Assembly: GCA_045047115.1 (NCBI GenBank)
Contig: JASFYR010000008.1
Span: 1-64,000, forward strand
Source: Sulfurospirillum sp.
Lineage (GTDB): Bacteria; Campylobacterota; Campylobacteria; Campylobacterales; Sulfurospirillaceae
Reading direction: 5' to 3'
Length of the DNA stretch: 64,000 nt
In this document: piece by piece, positions 1 through 9,097 of the stretch
Position numbering within the stretch: the stretch's first letter is position 1
How the letters are laid out: each line of letters starts with the position of its first letter
Notes under the pieces: model-generated
Databases searched by the model: none
Told to the model about the DNA's origin: nothing
The model's input: the letters and a program-made list of their open reading frames with translations, nothing else
Position numbers and translations under genes: made by a program

Positions 1-1104
1 CTTTTTATCTTTTGTAAAAAGTGAGATATAGATATTTTTACCGTTTTGGGTGTATTTTATAGCATTGTCTATGAGGTTTGAAAATATTGTATTAATCAAG
101 ATTTCATTTGCTTTTAATTGGATATTCTCTATTTTTAGTATTTGTAAGTGCAGATCTTTCGCTTTTAAATTGGTATTAAATTTTCCAATAATATTTAAAA
201 GCAATGAGTCCAAATAACAAAATCTATAAGTTTGTTCTATATTGTCTTTTGTGTATCTTGTGAGTAAAAGAAGATTTTCCATAATGAATTGGATTTGACT
301 TGCTTCAGTATCAATGGTCTTTAATATGTTTTGATAATAAGAGACATCCCTGTTTTTCAAAGATGCTATCTCTATCTCGCCTTTTATGACAGTCAGCGGA
401 GTCTTTAGTTCGTGTGATACATCAGAGTTAAACCTTTCAATTTTTTCAGTTTCTTCTTTTAGCCTGTGCACCATATCATTAAAGGCGATTACCAGTTCCC
501 TTGTTTCATCATCATATTTTGGCAGAGGTATGGTTGAAGAAAAGTGATCAACAGAGACATTTTTAGCTGTTTTTGTGATGCTTTTTATGGTAAATAGTAT
601 CTTATTCATAAGGGTGTTTCCTAGAAATATGAGCAAGATGAGTAGGGTTGGTTCTAAAAAAAACATAGTAGTGACAATATCTTCTATTTTATCATCTATA
701 TTTTTTCTATATACGAAGATTTTTTCATCACTTTTTGGAAGATTTAAAGTATATACGGCATCAATAAACTTCCCATTTTCTATAGTTAGAAATTCTCTTC
801 CTTCTACCTGTTTTGATAACCTTTGGAAGTTCACATCACCTTTTTTTGCTATGAGTTTTGTGTTTTTGTATATCGCAATATCATAAGGTGAAAATTCAGT
901 TTGCTTTAATGTATTAGATAGATTTTTTTCTTTTTTGATTTTATTTTGCAAGGTTTGTGCGATATTGGATAAGTTGTGTTTGATTTTAAGATTTATGCTT
1001 GTATTTAGTGAGTGGTATAAAAACAGACTAAATATAAGAAGTATGATGGTAACCAGGGAGGCAAACCAAGACAGAATCCTTATTTTTAAACTGTTAAATT
1101 TCAA
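1..1104 (-). CDS. Two-component sensor histidine kinase (3' end outside window)
   Basis: Not in the ORF track because it runs off the window. TTG start at 1104 gives MKFNSLKIRILSWFASLVTIILLIFSLFLY (TM); the H-box FNSDVSHELKTPLTVIKGEIE is in frame near 432-370; directly follows the response regulator. Confidence 0.9.
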   Translation of the reverse strand, partial: MKFNSLKIRILSWFASLVTIILLIFSLFLYHSLNTSINLKIKHNLSNIAQTLQNKIKKEKNLSNTLKQTEFSPYDIAIYKNTKLIAKKGDVNFQRLSKQVEGREFLTIENGKFIDAVYTLNLPKSDEKIFVYRKNIDDKIEDIVTTMFFLEPTLLILLIFLGNTLMNKILFTIKSITKTAKNVSVDHFSSTIPLPKYDDETRELVIAFNDMVHRLKEETEKIERFNSDVSHELKTPLTVIKGEIEIASLKNRDVSYYQNILKTIDTEASQIQFIMENLLLLTRYTKDNIEQTYRFCYLDSLLLNIIGKFNTNLKAKDLHLQILKIENIQLKANEILINTIFSNLIDNAIKYTQNGKNIYISLFTKDKK

Positions 1105-1753
1105 GTTTATACCCTAATCCTCTAAAACTTTTCACCAACTTTTTACCTATTTTTTTTCTAAGATTATACATTGTGACTTGAATAACATTGCTATTTATAT
1201 AACTTTCATTGCTCCAAAGCTGCTCTTCTATCATGGTGTTGGATACGATAGAGTGATTGTGTTTTATGAGAAAAGTAAGGAGTTCATACTCTTTCTTTGA
1301 TAGAGCAATTTCTTTATCTTTTTTTTTGATGACTTTTGCTTCCATATCCAGAATACCGAAATCTTTTAACTCTATAATATTTGAGCCAGAATCGATAGAA
1401 CGCCTATAAAGGGCTTGGATTCTTGCATTTAACTCTTTGAAGCTGAAGGGTTTTTGCAGGTAGTCATCGGCTCCTTGCATTAATCCTGTGACTCTGTCAT
1501 CTATATCATTTTTTGCTGTAAGCATGATAACAGGAGTTTTTATATTTTTTTGCCTTAATGACTTTAAGACATCGATTCCACTTTTTGCAGGCATCATCCA
1601 ATCAAGCACAATAACATCATAATGATTCATAGTTGCTAAATATTCGCCTGCTTCCCCATCTTCGCCACTATCTATGATATAGCCTAACTCACTAAATCCC
1701 TTGTTTAAAAGCGAGAGGATATTTTCATCATCCTCAATAATCAGTAGTTTCAC
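1094..1753 (-). CDS. OmpR-family DNA-binding response regulator
   Basis: Receiver motifs LIIEDD, VLDWMMP, MLTAK, GADDYLQKPF; C-terminal winged helix ending RGLGYKL. Confidence 0.95.
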   Translation of the reverse strand: MKLLIIEDDENILSLLNKGFSELGYIIDSGEDGEAGEYLATMNHYDVIVLDWMMPAKSGIDVLKSLRQKNIKTPVIMLTAKNDIDDRVTGLMQGADDYLQKPFSFKELNARIQALYRRSIDSGSNIIELKDFGILDMEAKVIKKKDKEIALSKKEYELLTFLIKHNHSIVSNTMIEEQLWSNESYINSNVIQVTMYNLRKKIGKKLVKSFRGLGYKLEI

Positions 1754-2339
1754 TCTGTGGTGCCCTCTTTCTCTTTATCTTAACATAGATTGCAATAATA
1801 ATTATAACCAAAACAATGGTTGCAATGGTAATTTCTCTTAAGTATTTATGAATTAACTCTTGATTTGCACCCAAAAAATATCCTAAAAATGTCAATATGC
1901 TAGCCCAAATCCCTGCACCCAAAGTCGTATAAACACTAAATTTCAAAGCATTCATGCGAGCTAGACCTGCCGGAAATGAGATATACTGTCTGATACCGGG
2001 AATCAGTCTGCCTGTAAAAGTAGAGATATGCCCATGGTTTTCAAAAAATCCTTCCAGCTTTTCTACTTTTTCATCACTCATGATTTTACTTAAAAATCTT
2101 CTTCCAAATCTTGAAGCTAAAAGATAGTTAAACCAAGCTCCTGCTAGAGAACCTAGAATCCCAAAAATCAAAACCAAAGTGAGACTCATATCCCCTTGGT
2201 AAGCTAGATAACCAGCCGGTATCATAACGACTTCACTGGGAAATGGAAAAAATGAACTCTCAAGAAACATCAAGGCAAATATGCCGATATACCCCATTTG
2301 TCCGATGGTATTTACTAAAAAATCTACTACTTCATGCAT
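1734..2339 (-). CDS. DedA family membrane protein (putative undecaprenyl-phosphate flippase)
   Basis: LESSFFPFPSEVVMIPAG and GRLIPGIRQYISFPAG DedA motifs; ATG at 2339 overlaps the upstream stop (TAATG). Confidence 0.92.
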   Translation of the reverse strand: MHEVVDFLVNTIGQMGYIGIFALMFLESSFFPFPSEVVMIPAGYLAYQGDMSLTLVLIFGILGSLAGAWFNYLLASRFGRRFLSKIMSDEKVEKLEGFFENHGHISTFTGRLIPGIRQYISFPAGLARMNALKFSVYTTLGAGIWASILTFLGYFLGANQELIHKYLREITIATIVLVIIIIAIYVKIKRKRAPQSETTDY

Positions 2340-3337
2340 TAGGCAACCTCTCTTCTTGTGATGATGCAATTATATACAAATAAATACAATAATCCTAAAA
2401 TTACTAAAAACAGATCCCAATGAACCAGAGCATACATACTTATGAACTCTTTTAGATTGTGTAAAAATTCATCTATCAAAGAGCCAGATGGCTTTGTAAT
2501 TTGTTTTACTTTATAATCTACTTTTGAACCATTTAGATTAACAAGAACATAATGGTGAAAAAAGTGACTCTTATCCTCACCTCCAAGTTCGGCTCCTGCT
2601 CCTCCTGTAACAGTATAAGGGGTTTTGCCCCACTTACCTGTAAAATATCCATGTTGATGGGCTGTAAAAATCATATCTATTTTGTATTTGTCAAATAGAT
2701 TTTGTAATTTTGTAGCAAATGGCTCATCAAATTGACTTTTTACGATAGAGTCCTTTACTGGATCATGAAGCGGTATATGCATAAACACAAATGTATGTCG
2801 ATAATTTTTTGCAATTTCAAGTTTTTGTTTTAACCATGCAAATTCTGCATCTCCCATGCCTGTTTCATGTGAACCATCAAGCATCAAAAAATATGAATTT
2901 TTAAAACCAAAAGCATAATAAGCCCTGCCAAAAAGATAATAATAAGCCGAACTCATTCCTTCTGTTTCATGATTTCCCAGTACCACTAAAAAAGGTTTCT
3001 TAAGGGCATTTATCTGCTTTAAATAAATTTTGTATTCAGCATTTCCATCTATCATATTGTCTATCAAATCACCGGTTTCTATGCTAAATGCAATATTTTC
3101 TTTGTTGACCATTTTTATAAGTTTTGGAAAAGAAAAAACCGAATTTTTATTGTCTCCAAAAACTACAAAAGAAAAATTACTGCCATTTGTATCAGTCTTT
3201 TTGATTTTTTGTAAATTTTGATAGTTAAGATCAAGTGCCTTTGGCATCTCAAAAAGCCAAGGATATAAAAACAGACTGAGTCCGACCATAATCATAACTA
3301 TAGCTATGATATTGTGTTTGTTAAAAAGTTTTTTCAT
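2339..3337 (-). CDS. Membrane-anchored calcineurin-like metallophosphoesterase
   Basis: Motifs FGDNK, TGDL, GNHE, HIP, HQH; hydrophobic segments at both termini; start taken at MKKLFNK (3337). Confidence 0.85.
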   Translation of the reverse strand: MKKLFNKHNIIAIVMIMVGLSLFLYPWLFEMPKALDLNYQNLQKIKKTDTNGSNFSFVVFGDNKNSVFSFPKLIKMVNKENIAFSIETGDLIDNMIDGNAEYKIYLKQINALKKPFLVVLGNHETEGMSSAYYYLFGRAYYAFGFKNSYFLMLDGSHETGMGDAEFAWLKQKLEIAKNYRHTFVFMHIPLHDPVKDSIVKSQFDEPFATKLQNLFDKYKIDMIFTAHQHGYFTGKWGKTPYTVTGGAGAELGGEDKSHFFHHYVLVNLNGSKVDYKVKQITKPSGSLIDEFLHNLKEFISMYALVHWDLFLVILGLLYLFVYNCIITRREVA

Positions 3338-3896
3338 TTTTTTTCTTAAAGATTTTATCCCAAGCTGAGATAACAAGAAGATTTAACCTTGAGAGTTTAC
3401 TCTCTAATAAGGATACAGCCACAACAGCAATTATAGATACAATGATAGAGCCTAATATATCAAATGGATAGTGAACACCTGTATAAACTCTGGCAATTCC
3501 ACACCATAGAGCTAAAAATGTAGCTACGATACCTAAGGATCTTGTCGGTTTAAATGTCAAAAGCATCAGTGCAATCGAAACTGTAAATGTAGTGTGATCT
3601 GATGGAAACGAATTTTCTGCCTTGTGAGATAAGAGAGTGGTTCCCAAGTGATCCATAAATGGACGATTATGAAAGTAAAATATACCTATGAGTTGGTTTA
3701 TTCCAACCCCTAAACTTGTGGCATATCCTGCATATAGAGCTTCGTTTTTTCTATTGCTAAACCATAGATAAAACAATACTCCTATAAAAACAAACGGCAT
3801 ACCTTTTGCTGCTAGCACCATTAAAGAGTCTAAAAAATGGTTCTTACTGGCATAATCATTGATGTTTAAAAAGATAGCTTGGTTTAAAGTCTGCAT
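3321..3896 (-). CDS. PAP2 family phosphatase (YbjG/BcrC-like undecaprenyl-diphosphatase)
   Basis: PAP2 motifs HNRP, SFPSDH, ARVYTGVHYPFD; several TM segments. Confidence 0.9.
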   Translation of the reverse strand: MQTLNQAIFLNINDYASKNHFLDSLMVLAAKGMPFVFIGVLFYLWFSNRKNEALYAGYATSLGVGINQLIGIFYFHNRPFMDHLGTTLLSHKAENSFPSDHTTFTVSIALMLLTFKPTRSLGIVATFLALWCGIARVYTGVHYPFDILGSIIVSIIAVVAVSLLESKLSRLNLLVISAWDKIFKKKNEKTF

Positions 3897-3925
3897 ATAT
3901 ATCCTTGTAAATAAAATTTTATAAA

Positions 3926-3960
3926 ATTATACTTATGAAAATGAAATAAAGATGAAATAA
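3926..3960 (-). promoter_or_regulatory. Putative OmpR-family binding box and -10 element for the PAP2 operon
   Basis: Perfect direct repeat ATGAAATAA at 3941 and 3952 (11-bp period); TATAAT on the minus strand at 3931-3926. Confidence 0.6.
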
Positions 3961-3975
3961 GTACTTAAGAATTCT

Positions 3976-4716
3976 CTACCAGATTATCAAATCCATCTTA
4001 TTGATAGTTTGTTCGGTTATTTTTCCATCTTCATTGCGCAGTGGTCCTAAAATCTTTTTTATTTTCTCCGTGTTTGGCTCTAATCCTCTTATCTTAAGAT
4101 GCCAAGTGTAGTTTTCTACTGCCTCTTCGAAGCAACGCACTTTTATCTTAAGCTCTTCAAAGTTTTTAAGTTGATATTTTATGCTCTTGGTATAAAGCCA
4201 TTTTTTGACTCTTTTTGCACCATTTGGTGGGGTATATATAGAATTGTGTGCAAGAAAAAGATCATCAAGAACAGTGTTGTTTCTTACTCCTGCCCATCCG
4301 AGATATATCTTTTTTTTGGCACTTAAATGAAATTTTTCCAAGTCACTGTTTAGTTTTATAGCAGGACTCATAGTACATAAAGCAATGTCATAAATTGTAT
4401 CTTTTATATCAAAATCAGCCCAAGTAGTGTGATATGTTTTTATATTTTTTATATCTAAGCTCTGAGCATCTTCTTTTAAAATTTGAAGCATATTTGCTGA
4501 GAAGTCAAGTCCATCTACACTTTTGGCAACTTTCGCAATTCTGATAGTATAGACTCCTGTCCCACAACCAATATCAAGGATTGTTTTATCTTTGAAATCT
4601 ATACCCGTTTTTTTTAAGGCTTCAAGCACATTTGCTTCAAAACTATTTTTGCATGGTGAATACCTGGCATAGTTCTTAGCTTTTTCATCCCATTTGTTCA
4701 TCTTTTTATTACTCAT
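3976..4716 (-). CDS. Class I SAM-dependent methyltransferase
   Basis: Motif I ILDIGCGTG, followed by GLDFS. Confidence 0.88.
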   Translation of the reverse strand: MSNKKMNKWDEKAKNYARYSPCKNSFEANVLEALKKTGIDFKDKTILDIGCGTGVYTIRIAKVAKSVDGLDFSANMLQILKEDAQSLDIKNIKTYHTTWADFDIKDTIYDIALCTMSPAIKLNSDLEKFHLSAKKKIYLGWAGVRNNTVLDDLFLAHNSIYTPPNGAKRVKKWLYTKSIKYQLKNFEELKIKVRCFEEAVENYTWHLKIRGLEPNTEKIKKILGPLRNEDGKITEQTINKMDLIIW

Positions 4717-5569
4717 TCACTTTTTCCTTAGATAATATTATAGCAGCTATCAGTATAAAACAAGAGCCTATGACTTGTAGATTATCCATTTTTTCACCCA
4801 AAAGTATATAAGATAAAAAGAGAGTAACAACCAACTCCAAAGTTGAAATCATAGAAGCTTTCAATGGTCCTATGAGCTTTAGTCCTGCAAAAAAAGTGAT
4901 GATAGCTACAAGAGTTGATACTAAAGTTATGGCAAATATCCAACCCCATTGTTGAGGTGAGTCAGGAATTGTTATTTTTGATGCAAAGCCATATATCAGA
5001 TATACTGATGCAGATCCTGCCATAATCACTCCTGTTGCTACAACAGGCGTAGTTCCTCTCATCGCTTTTGTGCCGACTATTATGTATATCGAATATATCA
5101 AAGCGGCTGCTATACCAAATATAATACCGATAAAATTTATATTTTCAAATTTTAAACCTACTACAAATATGGCTCCGATAGTGGTAAAAACCAATGCTAC
5201 TATATCTGGTTTATATACTTTTGTTTTTAGCAACAAAATTGAAAGCACCAAAACGATGCTCGGATACAGATACAATAGAATTGATGTAAGAGATGAACCG
5301 ATGAGGCTTACAGCACTGAAGTATGAAAATGCCTGCGTGGAGTATAAAACCGCCCCCATGAAAATCAGCATAATTAACAGTTTACCCTTTGGGTATGAGT
5401 ATTTTTTGATGTAAATATATATATTTATAATAATTGCAGCACTTAAAAAACGAAATAGTAAAATCGTTTTGATATCAAGTCCACTCTTGTAGGCAAATGT
5501 AGCAAATATGGGCATTAGTCCAAAAGAGACAGCAGAGATAACGATAAGAATTAAGCCTAAAAATTTCAT
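4709..5569 (-). CDS. EamA/DMT family transporter
   Basis: About 10 TM helices in two repeats; LLYLYP and LLGEK motifs; start taken at MKFLG (5569). Confidence 0.88.
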   Translation of the reverse strand: MKFLGLILIVISAVSFGLMPIFATFAYKSGLDIKTILLFRFLSAAIIINIYIYIKKYSYPKGKLLIMLIFMGAVLYSTQAFSYFSAVSLIGSSLTSILLYLYPSIVLVLSILLLKTKVYKPDIVALVFTTIGAIFVVGLKFENINFIGIIFGIAAALIYSIYIIVGTKAMRGTTPVVATGVIMAGSASVYLIYGFASKITIPDSPQQWGWIFAITLVSTLVAIITFFAGLKLIGPLKASMISTLELVVTLFLSYILLGEKMDNLQVIGSCFILIAAIILSKEKVNE

Positions 5570-5632
5570 TTTGCCATAAACCTTTATTGATAAATAGATA
5601 TAATACAAAAATTTTCTTTAAAAGGTGTTTTT

Positions 5633-5983
5633 TTGAACGGTAAAAGTAGAGTGAGATTGAAAACTTCGGAGCTTTTTGGAAATTACAACTATCCTGAACA
5701 AAGTTGGAATCTTCCCTCGTGGGTAGCAAAAAATGAGGATTTTTTGGATGTTTTAAGAGATGTTGTTTCATTTAATATCACAGATGAAAATTATATGGAG
5801 CCAGAGAGTTTTAAAGAGCTTTTTGCATATCTCAGGGGTAGAAATTATGCTGTTTTTCAAGACACTTTTGTGGTTTGTTTGACTCAGGGGAGATTGGCAT
5901 ATCTGAGTGGTTCAGGTTTTACAAAGGTATCAGCAAGCGAAGATGTATTTGAGCTCTCAAACTGGAGAATTAAAATCGGTTGA
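5633..5983 (+). CDS. Hypothetical protein
   Basis: 116-aa ORF filling the gap between two minus-strand genes; AAGGT SD-like sequence before TTG; no family recognised. Confidence 0.55.
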   Translation: MNGKSRVRLKTSELFGNYNYPEQSWNLPSWVAKNEDFLDVLRDVVSFNITDENYMEPESFKELFAYLRGRNYAVFQDTFVVCLTQGRLAYLSGSGFTKVSASEDVFELSNWRIKIG

Positions 5984-6328
5984 GTTTGACTCTTTTGGAT
6001 CTGGACCGTATTCATTCTCAAATGGCATACTATTCTTTACTAAAAAGATGATTAAGATGATAAAACCCAAAATAGGCACGAAAAGCAAAAGTTGCCACCA
6101 GCCACTTTTGCCTATATCGTGCAATCTTCTTGCAGTAACTGCCAAGGTTGGTATAAACACAGCAAGAGAATAGATAGTGTCTAAGAGGTTATTTCCTATC
6201 GTATTTCCTATGGCAATCAATATAAAAGTTATGATAGTATTGATAAGCACAAAATACCAATACTCACTTCTTGAAGCTCTTCCGCTAAAAACAGCATACT
6301 TTTTTAAAACATTTATGTACCAATTCAT
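5957..6328 (-). CDS. DUF805 (YhaH-like) inner membrane protein
   Basis: KKYAVFSGRASRSEYW, RRLHDIGKSGWW and NEYGPDP signature segments. Confidence 0.92.
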   Translation of the reverse strand: MNWYINVLKKYAVFSGRASRSEYWYFVLINTIITFILIAIGNTIGNNLLDTIYSLAVFIPTLAVTARRLHDIGKSGWWQLLLFVPILGFIILIIFLVKNSMPFENEYGPDPKESNSTDFNSPV

Positions 6329-6337
6329 ATCACATCC

Positions 6338-7357
6338 TTATCCCATCGGGTATAAAATCTCTTGATGTACGAGATCTAATTTTTGATTTAGCTCGTCACT
6401 TATATTGTACTCAAGGGCATCAAATACAACATCAAGTTGCCCGGCATGGCTTACGCCTATGATAGTTGATGCTACGAAATCAAACTTCATACTCCACGCA
6501 ATTGCTAAAGTGGTCAGATTTGAACCATACTCTCTCGCGATTTCTAGGTATTTTTCTGTCGAGTTCAGTGTTTCGGCGTTGACAAATCTTTTGGCTTGAG
6601 CCTGCATCCTGGGATTTGGATCGTTTAGATATCTGGTGAATCTCGCATTTGGTGGTAGGATTTTTTGATTATATTTTCCGCTCAATACACCACCTGCCAA
6701 AGGAGAGTAGGGCAAAAGAGATATATCCTCTTTTTGACAAACAATCCTTAGTTCATCTAAAAATCTTCGATTTAACATAGAAAAGTTGTTTTGTATGGAT
6801 TGAAATCTTGCCAGATTTTTAAATTTTGCAACTTCATTTGCTTTTGTCAAGCCATAGGCACTATCATTTGAGGTACCTATATATCTTATCTTGCCAGCTT
6901 TTACAAACTCATCCAAAACATATAGACTCTCCTCTATCGGTATGGTCATATCCGGCCAATGCACCTGATAAAGGTCTATATAGTCAGTTTTGAGTCTCTT
7001 CAGGGTGCCATCAAGTGCCTTTGTCATATGAAATCTGTCTATCGCAGTAAGTCCATGCCTGATGGGAGGAACAAACCATCCGTTTGCAGCTCCGGCAACT
7101 TTTGAGGCGATGATAAGCGAGTCTCTAGGCCCATCTTTTAGCCACTCACCGATAATTTCTTCAGTCTCTCCTGCATAGTGAGCAGATGGAGGTACGGGAT
7201 ATAGCTCAGCAGTATCAAAAAAGTTGATATCCCTCTCGTAAGCTTTGTCCATTATCCTAAAAGACTCTTTTTTATCGCAAAAGCTTCCAAAAGTCATAGT
7301 TCCTAAACAGATAGGCGTAACTCTAAGACCGCTTTTTCCTATATATCTATACTCCAT
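6338..7357 (-). CDS. Aldo/keto reductase, Tas-like
   Basis: LGTMTFG, FDTAELYPVPP, ASKVAG, LKTDYIDLYQVHWP, LLPYSPLAGGVLSGKY. Confidence 0.92.
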   Translation of the reverse strand: MEYRYIGKSGLRVTPICLGTMTFGSFCDKKESFRIMDKAYERDINFFDTAELYPVPPSAHYAGETEEIIGEWLKDGPRDSLIIASKVAGAANGWFVPPIRHGLTAIDRFHMTKALDGTLKRLKTDYIDLYQVHWPDMTIPIEESLYVLDEFVKAGKIRYIGTSNDSAYGLTKANEVAKFKNLARFQSIQNNFSMLNRRFLDELRIVCQKEDISLLPYSPLAGGVLSGKYNQKILPPNARFTRYLNDPNPRMQAQAKRFVNAETLNSTEKYLEIAREYGSNLTTLAIAWSMKFDFVASTIIGVSHAGQLDVVFDALEYNISDELNQKLDLVHQEILYPMG

Positions 7358-7358
7358 A

Positions 7359-8657
7359 CTAGCCCTTTCTTTTATCTATCACTCTTATCGCTTTCCCCTC
7401 GCTTCTGATTATGGACTTTGGTGCGACAAGTTTGACATCTACATTTATGTAGAGATTGTTTAACATCTCATGCTCTATATCTCTTTGAAGAATTTCTAGT
7501 TCGCTGACATTTTCACTCATTATATCTTCATTTAGCTCTATATCTATGCGAAGTTTGTCAAGATAGCCTTTTTTGTGTGCTGTTATCTGATAATTTAGCG
7601 TTATCCCCTCTATCAAAGAGAGAACATGCTCTATTTGAGAAGGAAATACATTTACACCGTTTATCACGAGCATATCATCTGCTCTGCCGACAATACTCTC
7701 TATTCTAGCCAGCGTTCTGCCACATTTGCAAGGAACTCTTGTGAGAGATGTTATATCCCCAGTTCTGTATCTAATGATAGGGAGTGCCTGTTTTGTCAAA
7801 GATGTTACTACGAGCTCTCCCCTTTGTCCTTCAGGCAATACTTCCCCACTCTTGGGATCGATGATTTCGGGATAAAAGTGGTCTTCATTGATATGTAAGA
7901 GGTGAGAGTGTCTACAACTGGAAGCGACTCCCGGACCTATAATCTCAGAGAGTCCGTAAACCTCTACATACTCTATGCCCCAAATTCTAGCTATCTCATT
8001 TTTCAACCCCTCACTGGCAGGTTCCGCCCCAAAAAATCCAACTTTCAGGTTAAAATCTTTTTTTATATCATACCCTTCAGCTTTTGCCTTTTCTGCCATA
8101 TGTAGTGCAAACGAAGGAGTTCCTGTTATCGCAGTAGCTTTAAAATCTTTTAAAAGCAAGAGTTGCCTTGATGTAAAACCGGTTGAGCTTGGTATCACTG
8201 CTATTTTCATTCTCTCTGCCGCTGTGTGAAAACCCAAACCGCCGGTGAAAAGTCCATAGCCCGTTGAATTTTGCAGTATATCACGACTTGTGAGTCCGCC
8301 CATAGTAAAAACTCTAGCCATAACTTCACTCCAAACATCCACGTCATGTTCAGTATATCCGACTACGGTCGGTTTTCCAGTAGTTCCGCTAGAGCTGTGA
8401 ATTCGCACTACCTGATCCATATCAACCGCAAAAAGCCCATAAGGATAGTTCTCTCTTAAATCCTGTTTTTTAGTAAATGGTAGTTTGGATATATCCTTCA
8501 GGCTTTTTATGCCAGAGGGTTTTATCCCAAGGGCATTGAACTTTTCTTTGTAGAAAGGAACAAGATTATATACTCTTGTGAGTGTCTCTTGAAGCCTTTG
8601 AAATTGCAGAGCTTTCAGTTCATCTACACTTAGACTCTCGTTTTTACTGTAAGTCAT
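7359..8657 (-). CDS. paaK: Phenylacetate--CoA ligase family protein (copy 2)
   Basis: RIHSSSGTTGKPTVVGYT P-loop, GYGLFTGGLG, YGLSEIIGPGV, RYRTGD, GRADDML. Confidence 0.92.
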   Translation of the reverse strand: MTYSKNESLSVDELKALQFQRLQETLTRVYNLVPFYKEKFNALGIKPSGIKSLKDISKLPFTKKQDLRENYPYGLFAVDMDQVVRIHSSSGTTGKPTVVGYTEHDVDVWSEVMARVFTMGGLTSRDILQNSTGYGLFTGGLGFHTAAERMKIAVIPSSTGFTSRQLLLLKDFKATAITGTPSFALHMAEKAKAEGYDIKKDFNLKVGFFGAEPASEGLKNEIARIWGIEYVEVYGLSEIIGPGVASSCRHSHLLHINEDHFYPEIIDPKSGEVLPEGQRGELVVTSLTKQALPIIRYRTGDITSLTRVPCKCGRTLARIESIVGRADDMLVINGVNVFPSQIEHVLSLIEGITLNYQITAHKKGYLDKLRIDIELNEDIMSENVSELEILQRDIEHEMLNNLYINVDVKLVAPKSIIRSEGKAIRVIDKRKG

Positions 8658-8665
8658 AACTAGCT

Positions 8666-9094
8666 CTACATGTAAAAGTGTTTAGCTTCTACGATTTGTA
8701 CTCCACCGTTTTGAAGCGAGTCAACTGCTTTGCTTGTATCATTAACACTAAATATAAAAATGCCTGTTTGGGATTCATAAAAACTATATGTATAGTATAT
8801 GTTTATATCCTCTTTTGCAAGTATCTCTATAACCTTGTCAAAACTTCCCACATAATCCTCTATCTTCACACCAAAAACTTCACTAAATCTTACGCTAAAA
8901 CCGGCATCTTCCAAAACTACTTTTGCTTTTTGAGGATTATCCACGATGGAGCGAACCAAACCAAAATCACTGGAATCTGCTAATATGATGGATTTTATGG
9001 ATACTCCATTTTGAGATAAAACTTTTGTAAAATCTGCCAGTTCTCCCGTTCTGTTTTCTAAAAAAACTGATAATTGTTGAATTTTATATTTCAT
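8666..9094 (-). CDS. Tandem ACT-domain protein (paaK-associated)
   Basis: QLSVFLENRTGEL...ADSSDFGLVRSIVDNP, typical of the ACT proteins found next to paaK/ior genes. Confidence 0.88.
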   Translation of the reverse strand: MKYKIQQLSVFLENRTGELADFTKVLSQNGVSIKSIILADSSDFGLVRSIVDNPQKAKVVLEDAGFSVRFSEVFGVKIEDYVGSFDKVIEILAKEDINIYYTYSFYESQTGIFIFSVNDTSKAVDSLQNGGVQIVEAKHFYM

Positions 9095-9097
9095 TTT

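Noticed and set aside
575..1117. Plus-strand ORFs 575-886 and 935-1117
   Set aside because: Antisense shadows of the histidine kinase, which the ORF track missed because it runs off the window.
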